This document shows positions 21,307 through 31,260 of a stretch of 64,000 nt of DNA, in pieces. The stretch lies in IMG/VR virus record IMGVR_UViG_3300050343_000191, positions 62,001 through 126,000 of that record. One strand, written 5' to 3'. The notes below the pieces were generated by a model. It made no database searches and was not told the origin of the DNA. It saw only the letters and a list, made by a program, of their open reading frames with translations. The position numbers and the translations under genes are program-made. Position 1 is the first letter of the stretch, and each line of letters starts with the position of its first letter.

Positions 21307-23810
21307 TTAACCGAAAAATAATTCCAAGTTTACAGTTTTTTCTACATTCCACCCAATTGCATCTAGGATTGACTTGAGAGGTTCGACAAAACTCTTTTCA
21401 AATTGTAGTCATAATCTATGTATTTGTCAAGGTCAAGTTCGCGTGGAAAGTCCTGGATGAATGAGATAACATTCTCATGAATAATATTGGGTTTCTTCAA
21501 ATACAGAATTTAATTTTTTCCCCATTATTGATAAGTGAATATTTATTCGTCAAGTTTCTTCTCCTTAATATAATGATTGAAGAGAAGAGCACCCCGACAA
21601 TGAATGGGAGTTCCCTTTGTGTAGATGCTGAGAGTAAGAACGGTATTTTATAACATCTGAGACTGAACTGGGGAAGGCAATTTCTTCAGGAGGAAGTTTC
21701 TTAAAATCAGTACGACACTTTATCAATGTACTTAATAACATCTTCTTCAGTGCCACTCATCATAAGTTTAAGACCATCCTTAATCATTGTGCTACAGGGT
21801 GCAGGTGTTGATGATTTGACTGCCTCAATACCCATCATCTTCAGTTTAGGTTCTTCATAACGAACACCTTCACTATCCCATACATTAAGAATGTATCGCT
21901 TCTTCGCAGTCCAGATACCACGTTCAGCAATATTCTCACGCTTCATCTGCATCTTCTGGTCATATGCCATTCACATACGTCCGCCAGTTCTTCGTAGCAA
22001 CGGTCAATATATGGTTCAACTTGTCTCTCACAGATCTTATCAAGTAACGTGACAATGCCTTGTTTTATCTCAGACTTATGACTAAGAAATTTATCAACAA
22101 GAGGTCCCATATTAAGATAGATTGAGTCAGTGTCAGATGCAATAACATAATCAACACTTTTGTTTTCAAGATCTTATTTAGATCTTTTGATTCATCTTAT
22201 TCTCAATCCAACGGATAGAGACTTGACCAGAAAGCGTAATTGCTTCCGCATTAGCCAGTTTATAATACGGAAATATTGATTACCAATAGCACCATAAGCA
22301 GAGTTGAGTTGAATCTTGCGCGCCATCTGAATGTTATTGCATCTGCAATCTCTTTCTCCAAGTGCCTTAGTTGGAGTTTTTTCATAATCTTGTTTTGCCT
22401 GCAAGCATCTTCTTTTTATAGATGGTTCGATCCTTATAGATCTTCTCCATCAGTTCTGGAAGAAACCCACGGACATCTTTACGATACATGGCACCATTAG
22501 CACACACTGCACTGTCCTTATAGTTCAAAGGTTAGTTCTTGATTAAGTATCTTATCAACTGTAACTGATGGGTGCCTGGTCTCTCAAGTGTCTCTGGAGA
22601 GATGTTGTACTGCATAATAAGATGAGGATAGAGAGAGTTAAGGTCAAAAGACACAACCCAATCATACTTTCCCGGAATCGGTTCCTTAACATATGCACCT
22701 GCATACTTAGCATCTTTGTCTGAACGTTCTTTGGGAGGAATTACAATGTTTCTCTTTTTGAGATAATTGTAAATGATCGCATCCCACATACGAACTTGAT
22801 AGAACACATCATTATAATTCACCTTAGCATCATATGCCATAACGATTGCAAGTTCAATCAGTTTCATCTTGTCTTCCATTCGGTCAACAAGTTCCACGTC
22901 AATGATGTTATATTCTACAAACTTCTGCCACCCATTAGTATAGAAATCTTTAAAGGTATCAAACTCAGAGTGATCAAGTTTCTTTTGCCCAAGTTCTACA
23001 CTCGCAATGTAATCCAGTCGATAAGACTCTTGTGCCTTATAAGTGAACTTCTTATATAGATTTAGGTAATCAAGTTGTGTAATACCACCAACATCATAAG
23101 AAATATGTTTACGACCCATAATAATAGTCTCACGTTCAGTCACCAAACCCCAAGGTGAAAGTCGTTTCATTAACTTCTCACCAAGATCCTATCGATACGA
23201 CGTCACCAAATATGGCATATCATACAGTTCACTATTCCATCCAGTAACAACTTCAGGAGTATTAGTCTTCAATCATCCACCAATTGATAAAGTCATTCAG
23301 AAGTTCATACTCTGTTCTAAACTTTTGTAGATAACATTCTCTTGCTTATTATTGAAAGGTCCTTGACCCCAAGTGCGAATCTGTTTGGTAGTGTAATCCT
23401 GCACCGTAATAAGAAGAACTTCTTCTGCAGCAGACTCTACATCAGGGAATCCATTTTCAGATTTTAACCTCAATATCAATCGTAGAATTTTGATCTTATG
23501 TAGTATCAAACTTAATCTCTTCCTCAGGATACATCTCAGAAATATACTGATAGATGTATCTGTCATTACCATAGATTTTAAAGTTTTCTACGCCATCATA
23601 CTTCTTGATAAACTCTCTACAATCACGAACAGTTCCAGGTTCTATTGATTCAACATAGTCTCCCTCAAGAGTTTTATATTTGGTTTTTCCTTTTGACTCA
23701 ACAAAAAGAGTCGGGTAAAACTTCTCTCGGGTCATGAAATGTTGACCATTTTCATAACCACGGACTAAGAAGTGATTCCCGACCATCTGAACGTTCGTGT
23801 AAAATCTCAT
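21307..23810 (-). CDS. gp43: Family B DNA polymerase (frameshifted)
   Basis: SFDLNSLYP, KIQLNSAYG, SDTDS, KKRY. Confidence 0.95.
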
Positions 23811-24166
23811 TCTGTAAGTTTCAAGTACGCTTCAACCTCCGTTTCGGATAATGGGACAGGATTAATTTTACTGTTATACATTTCTAGCACACTATCTAGA
23901 GGATCACAAATAGTTGCTACAATATCAGTAGTAATAACGAATTCCTTTGACTTAGAAAGAATCATCCAAGGTCGCAGAAATACGTCTAACTCATAATTAT
24001 TGTTCTGAGTTTCACTCTCAACCAAGAGAGTTTTTTCTTGAGATTCAATAACTTGAGGTTGGGTCAACATATAACCACGAACTTGCTCTTCCTGAACAAC
24101 TTCTTTAGTATCTGATATTAGGGTTTCTCCTGTTTTAAGGAGTACCATTTTAATTGTCATAATCAA
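23807..24166 (-). CDS. Conserved Sm-like small protein upstream of the polymerase
   Basis: 'IKMVLLKTGETLISD..PW..DP'. Confidence 0.75.
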   Translation of the reverse strand: MIMTIKMVLLKTGETLISDTKEVVQEEQVRGYMLTQPQVIESQEKTLLVESETQNNNYELDVFLRPWMILSKSKEFVITTDIVATICDPLDSVLEMYNSKINPVPLSETEVEAYLKLTE

Positions 24167-24182
24167 GTATTTTATCTTTTAC

Positions 24183-24261
24183 ATTCTACCAAGAAAAAAG
24201 AGGGGCGTCAACTGGATTGTGCCAGTTGCCCCTCTGCGGCGACGATATTCAATTTTATTTA
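24183..24261 (-). ncRNA. Composite element: late promoter, short hairpin/terminator RNA, embedded sigma70 promoter
   Basis: TAAATA(24256-61)..AGAGGGGCAACTGG-cacaat-CCAGTTGACGCCCCTCT-TTTTT; TTGACG-N17-TAGAAT. Confidence 0.6.
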
Positions 24262-25335
24262 GTAGAGAGGATTACTTTTACAAAGTTTAGATACTCTTAC
24301 CAAACATTCTTCTTTATTTCCATCTTGCTCATAATTTTTTAATCGACTTGCAATGATATCAGCAACTTCAACAAAGTCGTTTTCATCAAACCCTCTAGTA
24401 GTAAGAGCAGATGAACCCAATCTTAATCCACTGGTAACAAAGGGAGACTCAGGATCAAAAGGAACTGTATTTTTATTCGCAGTGATATTAATTTCACTTA
24501 CCAGTTGATCAGCAATCTTTCCAGTAATTCCCAGACTCCTCAAATCAAGTAGAACAATATGATTATCTGTTCCATCAGATACAATGTTAATACCATTTTC
24601 AATTAATCTCTTGGCAAGTGTTTTTGAATTAGAAACGACTTGCGAGCAATACTCTTTAAACTCTGGTTTAAGTGCCTCACCAAATGCAACTGCTTTTGCA
24701 GCAATCACATGTTCCAATGGACCACCCTGAGTTCCTGGAAATACTGCCTTGTCTAACCTCTTACCCATCTCCACATCATTAGACATAATCAACCCACCTC
24801 TTGGACCTCTCAGAGTCTTATGAGTTGTTGTGGTAACTACATCTGCATATGGAAGTGGTGATGGATGAACACCTGATGCAACCAATCCTGCAATGTGTGC
24901 GATGTCTGCTAATAGGTATGATCCAACTTCATCAGCAATATTTCTAAACTTACTGAAATCAATTGTTCTAGTGTATGCAGAGAACCCACAGATAATAAGT
25001 TGTGGTTTACATTCCCTTGCAAGTTCTAATATTCTATCATAGTCCAGTCTACCAGTCTCATCAACTTCATAGTGGCAAACATTGAACCACTTACCAGACA
25101 TATTAACTTTTGATCCGTGCGATAGATGACCACCATGTGATAGATCCAGAGATAGAACAGTATCTCCTGGTTTCAGAAGAGCAAGGAATACAGCAGCATT
25201 TGCTTGTGCTCCACTATGAGGTTGGACATTTGCCCACTCTGCATTGAATAGTTTTTTTACTCTTTCTCTTGCTAGATCCTCAATCTGGTCAACCCATTCA
25301 CATCCACCATAATATCTTTTACCAGGCAATCCTTC
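24259..25335 (-). CDS. glyA: Serine hydroxymethyltransferase, lacking about 50-55 N-terminal residues
   Basis: [31 protein letters not shown] (PLP lysine), NKNTVP, SGLRLG. Confidence 0.93.
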   Translation of the reverse strand, partial: EGLPGKRYYGGCEWVDQIEDLARERVKKLFNAEWANVQPHSGAQANAAVFLALLKPGDTVLSLDLSHGGHLSHGSKVNMSGKWFNVCHYEVDETGRLDYDRILELARECKPQLIICGFSAYTRTIDFSKFRNIADEVGSYLLADIAHIAGLVASGVHPSPLPYADVVTTTTHKTLRGPRGGLIMSNDVEMGKRLDKAVFPGTQGGPLEHVIAAKAVAFGEALKPEFKEYCSQVVSNSKTLAKRLIENGINIVSDGTDNHIVLLDLRSLGITGKIADQLVSEINITANKNTVPFDPESPFVTSGLRLGSSALTTRGFDENDFVEVADIIASRLKNYEQDGNKEECLVRVSKLCKSNPLY

Positions 25336-25385
25336 ACTGGATTTTACCAGTCGTCCTCTGTGGTGACGATATTCAGTTTTATTTA
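25336..25385 (-). repeat. Truncated second copy of the 24183-24261 element
   Basis: TAAATAAAAcTGAATATCGTCaCCaCAGAGGacgACTGGtaaAATCCAGT, then directly glyA codons. Confidence 0.8.
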
Positions 25386-25419
25386 TGGAGTAGTTAGATA
25401 TAGATTTGTGGGTGGACCA

Positions 25420-25503
25420 TTAGGGTAGTATGCTAGAGATGGGACCACCGATAAAAATAGTCATTGCAATTCCAACGGTGAGAGTGGCGGCTGTAAAGTT
25501 CAT
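25420..25503 (-). CDS. 27-aa hydrophobic peptide MNFTAATLTVGIAMTIFIGGPISSILP
   Basis: GAGGA RBS 5 nt upstream of the ATG; TATAAT at 25527-25532. Confidence 0.6.
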   Translation of the reverse strand: MNFTAATLTVGIAMTIFIGGPISSILP

Positions 25504-25542
25504 AAGTCGTCCTCTGTAAGTACATAATTATATAGAGTATAC

Positions 25543-25570
25543 TGTATCATAGTGATACACTTCTGTATCA
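25543..25570. promoter_or_regulatory. Operator-like triple half-site TGTATCA-N3-TGATACA-N4-TGTATCA
   Basis: Perfect 7-bp inverted repeats upstream of the peptide promoter. Confidence 0.5.
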
Positions 25571-25588
25571 ACATATGGCAAAAATATG

Positions 25589-26527
25589 TCATTGTTCAAC
25601 AACATTTCCAATAATCCAAGACCTCATACCGAATGGAGTATCTGCAATAAGACATTGAGTATGTTCCGCTACTTCTTTTGGCACTACCAAACAGAATCCA
25701 ATACCAAGATTGAATACATTACGCATCTCATCCTCAGTAATGTCTCCTGCCTTCTGGATCTTATTGAAGAGTTCTGGTCTCTCCCAAGCATCATAGTCAA
25801 CATCAACTCTAAGACCTGCTGGAAGGCATCGTGGAAGGTTCTCAGGCAGTCCTCCCCCAGTAATATGTGCCATACCAAGAATAGGAACTTCATCCAACAG
25901 GTACTGGATGAGACGGGCATAGATGGTGGTTGGTCTCAACAACTCAGGCATCTCTTTATACTTAATATAATTTCTCCACAACATATCATTGACGAGAGTA
26001 TATCCATTACTATGAAGACCACTACTCTCAATACCAATGACTACATCACCTGCTCTGATGTTACTGCCATCAACAATATCATTCTTCTCTACAATACCAG
26101 TACAGAAACCAGCAAGGTCATAATCATTTGCTCTGAAATGTTCTGCAGTTTCTCCACCAATAAGTTCCATCCCAGCCATTGTGCAACCAACATTAACTCC
26201 ATACACAATGTCACTTACATTGGCATCAAGTGTTTTAGTAGAGATATAATCTAAAAAATATAATGGTTTAGCACCAGAACATATAACATCATTGACGCAC
26301 ATAGCAACAAGATCCTGACCAATAGTGGTGTAATCATCAGCAATCCTACAGATATTCATTTTAGTTCCGACACCATCAGCACCAGATACTAATACAGGTT
26401 TCTCATATCCTGATGGAACTTCCATCATTCCACTGAACCCACCATCAATCTTAGGTGCCAGTACCTTAATATACTCCACAAAAGATCTACCTTTAATAAT
26501 GTCAACACCAGAAGTTTTGTAGTCCAT
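25589..26527 (-). CDS. purM: AIR synthetase (phosphoribosylformylglycinamidine cyclo-ligase)
   Basis: YKTSGVDI, DGVGTK, GGETAE, SSGLHSNGY, HITGGG, FNLGIG. Confidence 0.95.
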   Translation of the reverse strand: MDYKTSGVDIIKGRSFVEYIKVLAPKIDGGFSGMMEVPSGYEKPVLVSGADGVGTKMNICRIADDYTTIGQDLVAMCVNDVICSGAKPLYFLDYISTKTLDANVSDIVYGVNVGCTMAGMELIGGETAEHFRANDYDLAGFCTGIVEKNDIVDGSNIRAGDVVIGIESSGLHSNGYTLVNDMLWRNYIKYKEMPELLRPTTIYARLIQYLLDEVPILGMAHITGGGLPENLPRCLPAGLRVDVDYDAWERPELFNKIQKAGDITEDEMRNVFNLGIGFCLVVPKEVAEHTQCLIADTPFGMRSWIIGNVVEQ

Positions 26528-26796
26528 TAATGAATTTCTCCTTTCGCAATTTGTTCACGACGTTTTAGTTTCCATACTATGTAATCCATTGTTGGAATAC
26601 ACATAGGGTTCCAACCTACAAATGTTGTGGATTCCTTACTTGGGATCTTCCAACAGGGAGCATCATCATTATCAAGATCTAATGATTTACGATACTCATC
26701 CTCACCAAGTAAAACAACTGCTCTCTCAGCAGCATTCAAACTCTTGAAACAATCAAAGCAGTTCTTTCTAATCTCATCAGGGATTTGGTGTTTCAT
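26527..26796 (-). CDS. Hypothetical protein
   Basis: Clean 89-aa ORF. Confidence 0.65.
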   Translation of the reverse strand: MKHQIPDEIRKNCFDCFKSLNAAERAVVLLGEDEYRKSLDLDNDDAPCWKIPSKESTTFVGWNPMCIPTMDYIVWKLKRREQIAKGEIH

Positions 26797-26829
26797 GATT
26801 TATACTAATATTATACAAAGTTTACAATC

Positions 26830-27151
26830 CCATTTTCCAGTATCCCAAAGATATTCTTCAAAAATATTGTATGACAGCATTCCTGTTTCTTTTTTTATTT
26901 GTCAACATAAGATTTGCCTTCCTTCCATAATTTACATACCTCAAACTTTGGGCAGTTTTGGTCTTCCACCAACACCATTTTTTTGTCCTGCCTTACATAA
27001 AGCAACGAAATTTTCTTTATCTCTTGTTTTTTTAATGTTATGAATAAATATGTTCCCACCGAGTGATCATCTCTCCTTCAATTTTAGGAATGATATGATG
27101 ATGTTGTAAATTTTTATTTGTTCCACAAATTACACAAAATCTCAACTTCAT
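26830..27151 (-). pseudogene. Degenerate HNH endonuclease
   Basis: ATG overlapping the purC stop: MKLRFCVICGTNKNLQHHHIIPK.., then frameshifts; 'GGRPKL' downstream. Confidence 0.6.
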
Positions 27152-27848
27152 TGGACTGCAAGTGGTTGTAGTCGGTCAAGAATCTCACGATAGGCAGGAA
27201 CGATATCACCTTCATCTTTTCTGAATAGATCCTTATCAAATCTTTCATCACTACCAATCTTCCAGAGTCTCATACTATCAGGACTGATCTCATCGGCAAG
27301 ATACAAATCACCATGAGCATCATAACCATACTCAACCTTAAAATCTACAAGATCAATACCTAAGATGTAGAACATCTGACGAAGGTAATCATTGACCCGT
27401 AGTGTCATCTCAACAAAAGGTTCTGGATCATATCCCATCAAACGCACACGATCTGGTGTCAGAAGAGGATCGTGCTTGCTATCATCCTTCAGAAAGAACT
27501 CCACAATCGGTTGTGGTAGTGGAGCACCTTCTACCAAGAGTTGTCTCACGAACAATAGATCCAGCAGCACGATTACGACAGATAACTTCTAATGGAACGA
27601 TACCTACCTTCTTACATATCATCTTATTAGCACCAACCATATTAATATAATGAGTTGGGATATTTTCTTTGGAAAGTTTCTCAAAGATGATGGATGAGAT
27701 ACTACAACAGAGAGATCCTTTTCCTAAAGGATGATCTTCCTTCTCTCCGTTGCCTGCAGTCACTTTATCATGATACTCAATGATGACACTGCTGTGCATC
27801 ATCACCTTGATAAACAGTTTTAACCTTACCTTCGGTAATTACTTCCAT
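27148..27848 (-). CDS. purC: SAICAR synthetase (frameshifted)
   Basis: EGKVKTVY, PLEVICRN, DFKVEYG, LADEISPDSMRLW, DKD. Confidence 0.93.
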
Positions 27849-28045
27849 CAATCATCCTCCACTTTATATGTAATAGTAATTTGTTTGTATACTTCATCTC
27901 TATTGTCACTGTTGTATACATTACAACGTTCGATCTTAGCATCTAAGATTTTCACTACATTATCGAGTTGTAAATTAACTACAAAATCTGTAAATACAGG
28001 AGTGATTCCTATCTTATTAGATCCTGGTGCGTTAAAATCGGTCAT
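27848..28045 (-). CDS. Small hypothetical protein
   Basis: 65-aa ORF coupled to purS and purC. Confidence 0.6.
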   Translation of the reverse strand: MTDFNAPGSNKIGITPVFTDFVVNLQLDNVVKILDAKIERCNVYNSDNRDEVYKQITITYKVEDD

Positions 28046-28320
28046 GCTTCAATACCTTTGGGAAAGTTTTCAATCTCAGTCAATTCATAATCCCAATCTT
28101 CCATAACTGTGTTAGCAAGAAATCTATCAGAAAGCATTTCGAGTTCCTTCTCAGCATACTCTCTAGTTTCTGCCTCTAACCAAACATCAATCACCTTGCC
28201 AAGTCTAAGTTTCTTGATGTCTAACTCGGACAGTCTCTTACAGGCATCTCTCACAGCATTACCAGGAGAGTCATCCACCTGCGATCTCAAACGAACGAAT
28301 ACAAGTGCTTTAAACTTCAT
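28042..28320 (-). CDS. purS: FGAM synthase small subunit
   Basis: 'VFVRLRSQVDDSPG..LRLGK..LANTVMEDW'. Confidence 0.88.
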   Translation of the reverse strand: MKFKALVFVRLRSQVDDSPGNAVRDACKRLSELDIKKLRLGKVIDVWLEAETREYAEKELEMLSDRFLANTVMEDWDYELTEIENFPKGIEA

Positions 28321-28483
28321 TATTATAATATGCGATAGTTGCGTGAAACTTATCTATGGGATCAATAGTCTCTCCCAATGCACTTCTTATTCTTACTTTC
28401 ACTTCTTCATTACTAATCTCTTTCAAGATCTGTCGTAGTTCATCATCGTCAAACTTGACGTAATAATTATCACGATGCTTCAT
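28310..28483 (-). CDS. 57-aa hypothetical protein (below the ORF-track cutoff)
   Basis: MKHRDNYYVKFDDDELRQIL..; ATGA overlap with the upstream ORF. Confidence 0.55.
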   Translation of the reverse strand: MKHRDNYYVKFDDDELRQILKEISNEEVKVRIRSALGETIDPIDKFHATIAYYNNEV

Positions 28484-28644
28484 GCTTTCTCCCTTTCGTC
28501 AAGTGCTTCATTAATGATTTGCTTCAACTCGACACGTTCTTCTGGTGTAAATATTGTGCGATGCTTCACAGGCATAGGATCATAACTACTTGGTTTCTTT
28601 GATTTGCCAGGAAAACTCATACCCTGCGTATCGATTTTATCCAT
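28480..28644 (-). CDS. Small hypothetical protein
   Basis: MDKIDTQGMSFPG..ELKQIINEALDE. Confidence 0.6.
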   Translation of the reverse strand: MDKIDTQGMSFPGKSKKPSSYDPMPVKHRTIFTPEERVELKQIINEALDEREKA

Positions 28645-28670
28645 AAAAAAAGAGGGTCGTAATGACCCTC
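28645..28670 (-). terminator. Intrinsic terminator after hsp20
   Basis: GAGGGTC-attac-GACCCTC-T7. Confidence 0.75.
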
Positions 28671-28691
28671 CAATTGTAGCATATAAGTTGG

Positions 28692-29126
28692 TTAAAACCA
28701 AACTTTTTTCTGATGATGTTCAGGTACGATCCTACCAAGAACAATAGTTAGCAACCCATCCTCAAATTCAACTGATCTAACTTCCGTGTCCTCTGCCAAT
28801 GTCCAAGATCTGGTGAAAGATCGTTGAGCCATTCCTCTGTGGACATAAGTTTTTTCGGACTCGGTATCCTCCCTTTGTCCTTCGACAAAGAGTTTTCCGT
28901 CTTGTGTGTAGACATTTACTTCTTTCTTTTTAAATCCTGCAAGTGCAATTTCTAGTTTCGATTCTACTTCGCTGACCGTAACTAGATTAAATGGTGGATA
29001 ATTCTTCGTTGTTTCGTGGAGATTAAACAACCTATCGAAGTATTCATCCATTCCAATGCTATTCCTATTTATGCGTTCCATCAACGCAGGCAGGTCCGCA
29101 GCAGTATACCGTGCAAGGTTTCCCAT
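28692..29126 (-). CDS. hsp20: Small heat-shock protein
   Basis: NYPPFNL, LAGF, HRGMAQRSFTRSW, DGLL. Confidence 0.95.
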   Translation of the reverse strand: MGNLARYTAADLPALMERINRNSIGMDEYFDRLFNLHETTKNYPPFNLVTVSEVESKLEIALAGFKKKEVNVYTQDGKLFVEGQREDTESEKTYVHRGMAQRSFTRSWTLAEDTEVRSVEFEDGLLTIVLGRIVPEHHQKKVWF

Positions 29127-29203
29127 GATTGTAGCTCCTTTAAAAGCGAGTTTGTGTTTTGTGGACCCCGAAGGCATCCATAAGTATATTTAACACAAGA
29201 CAT

Positions 29204-29227
29204 AAAAAACGGGGTGTTGAACCCCGT
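29204..29227 (-). terminator. Intrinsic terminator after regA
   Basis: ACGGGG-ttcaaca-CCCCGT-T5. Confidence 0.7.
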
Positions 29228-29246
29228 AGTTTTTTATTCGGTTACT

Positions 29247-29674
29247 TCAACCTTCTTTCTTCTTCGATCCAATATTGTACTTAGTTTCAAGAATCCAGTC
29301 TTGCTTGTCTTTGTAAGCAAGTACTTTAATCTGATTAAGCGGAGCGATATCCTGAATTTTAGAGACATCTACAATACCAATTAGACCCCAATCGGCAAGC
29401 AGTTGAGCAATACGATTACGGCGTTGAACATCATTAACTGTAAGGTTAGCGTGTTTACCATCCAATGCAAACAATTCTTTAAAGTGAACAAGGTAATATC
29501 TACCTTGCTTATGTAAAATGTGACAGGATTGATAGATTTTTTTCTCTTTCCTTGATGCCACTCCGATTCTAGTCAAAGTCTCACGCACTTTCAAAAAGTC
29601 ATCGGGTTCATTAAGAACCACTTCAACCATTTGTTCAGGTGTCCACTTCACTTAGGTTCTTGAACCACGCTCAT
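29247..29674 (-). CDS. regA: Translational repressor RegA
   Basis: DDFLKVRETLTRIG, QSCHILHKQG, VHFKELF. Confidence 0.95.
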
Positions 29675-30052
29675 CTTTTTCCTCCAATATCAAATTTTGA
29701 TTTAATAAAATTAAGTTGTTCTTCTGTGAGAATTTTCAAAGATTGCTTTGCCTTTTCATTACTATAACCATAATAACGTTTGACATAATCAAGATCTTTG
29801 ATTTTATCCTGTCGGAGCCAAGGAGAGAATCTCTTCTTTTTCCTCAAAGTATTTAGATAAAAATCATATTGCATATTTTTCGGAAGAAAATGATACTGAT
29901 TCATCTCATTTGCAAATCATAATTGCATCAAGATGACCAGAAAAACAACGGTTAATAATATAAGGAGGATATTCTTTTTCAAGAGATGGATCTTCATCAA
30001 TCAAATTTTCTTTAGTCTGATTAATACTATTCAACCAATCCTTTAGTTCCAT
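29671..30052 (-). CDS. gp62: Clamp loader small subunit (frameshifted)
   Basis: MELKDWLNSIN..YPPYIINR..KRFSPW..YYGYSNEKA. Confidence 0.9.
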
Positions 30053-30873
30053 AATTAAAAAGTAAAAGTTCCTTACGTTCTTTTGTTCACGCATATACTC
30101 ACCAACAGATCGCATAGTATATGTTAAATCAAATTCACCTGTTTGCCACCCATCAAATCTTTCTTTGATAAGTTGAGATGAATTATAAGATATGAGTTGA
30201 GGACCAACAAATCTATCACACTTGACAGCAAAGTGGTCGTGATTAAATCCACTATGCATACTTCCCTTTCTTACCATATAGATTAGAACCAATCTCATAT
30301 GGTGGATCTAAGTAAGTAAAAATGTTCTTATCCATCAGTAAGAAGTTGCTCATAACTGAGATTGGTAATCTTCCAGTTCTCAATTATCTTTGTGTATCCT
30401 TGTAGTTTTTCAATTCCTCGCATTGAGAAGTTTGAGTCACTTGCTTGTTTGCTGAAGGAGGATGACTCGGTGAGACCAGAAAAAGAACACTTATTGATAG
30501 TATAAAAACTGACAGCACGCCATAAAGCGTCATTATTGGATTCATCATTTAGATACTCTTTTGATTCAAGGAAAAGACCTTTTGCAGAAATAGGATCAGG
30601 ATATCTAGATTTAAGTTCCTGAAGTTTCTTATATAGGTTATACCCATCATCCTGAAGAACTCTCCAAAAATTATAGAGAGGTTCATACAGATCGTTTACC
30701 CACACGTCAAGATGTGGATACTTTTTAGTAATGTGAATTGCAACACTACCGCCACCCAAAAAGGGTTCACGATATTCACTATACCCATCAAGATTGGGAA
30801 TGTATTGATCTAGTTTTGTACAGGCACGGGATTTACCCCCTGGATACCTGAGGGGAGTCTTGAGAGATTTCAT
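30040..30873 (-). CDS. dam: DNA adenine methyltransferase (frameshifted)
   Basis: PLRYPGGKS, EPFLGGGS, YLDPPY. Confidence 0.9.
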
Positions 30874-31069
30874 AATCAGGTTTGTTGTATTTCAAATATT
30901 CCCAGAAGGTTAGTTTCATTTCCTTCTCGGTCATACCACAATGTTTTGCAGCATTAGGTAAATTCATCGTAGCACGAAATAAACTGTCGTTTGATTCTGC
31001 CACATTTTGGGGAGTAGTTTTTACCTTTGGTTCAACTAAATTACTCTTGTCAGTTTTTAAGAAACTCAT
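30833..31069 (-). CDS. Small HTH-like hypothetical protein
   Basis: 'MNLPNAAKHCGMTEKEMKLTF'. Confidence 0.6.
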   Translation of the reverse strand: MSFLKTDKSNLVEPKVKTTPQNVAESNDSLFRATMNLPNAAKHCGMTEKEMKLTFWEYLKYNKPDYEISQDSPQVSRG

Positions 31070-31258
31070 AGGTAGTTCGGTTCATCCGCACGAAGAAGAA
31101 CACCCTCAACCCTATTCAATAGTTCCCGCATATCACCGTGTAATACACGATATCCAGTTCCAACATAAAGTTGTCCCAGAACAACCTGATACTGTAGCAG
31201 TTCCCCAGAAGATGTAGTACCATCTGGATTTAACTTGTGCCTTAATTTTAGTTTTCAT
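31066..31258 (-). CDS. Small membrane protein (one frameshift)
   Basis: MKTKIKAQVKSRWYYIFWG..GQLYVGTGY. Confidence 0.5.
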
Positions 31259-31260
31259 AA

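Noticed and set aside
8617-23810. Introns, inteins or programmed frameshifts in nrdA, gp41 or gp43
   Set aside because: Overall gene lengths are normal and the breaks are scattered 1-2 nt indels, with no splicing or intein motifs
24183-25385. CRISPR-like or IS terminal repeats
   Set aside because: Only two diverged direct copies, with no spacer array and no cas or transposase gene
25544-25558. Canonical NtcA box
   Set aside because: Spacing is GTA-N9-TAC, not N8; kept only as an operator-like palindrome
29906-30298. Apparent dam-gp62 fusion ORF
   Set aside because: Explained by an indel near the dam 3' end where the two genes overlap; gp62 has its own start at 30052
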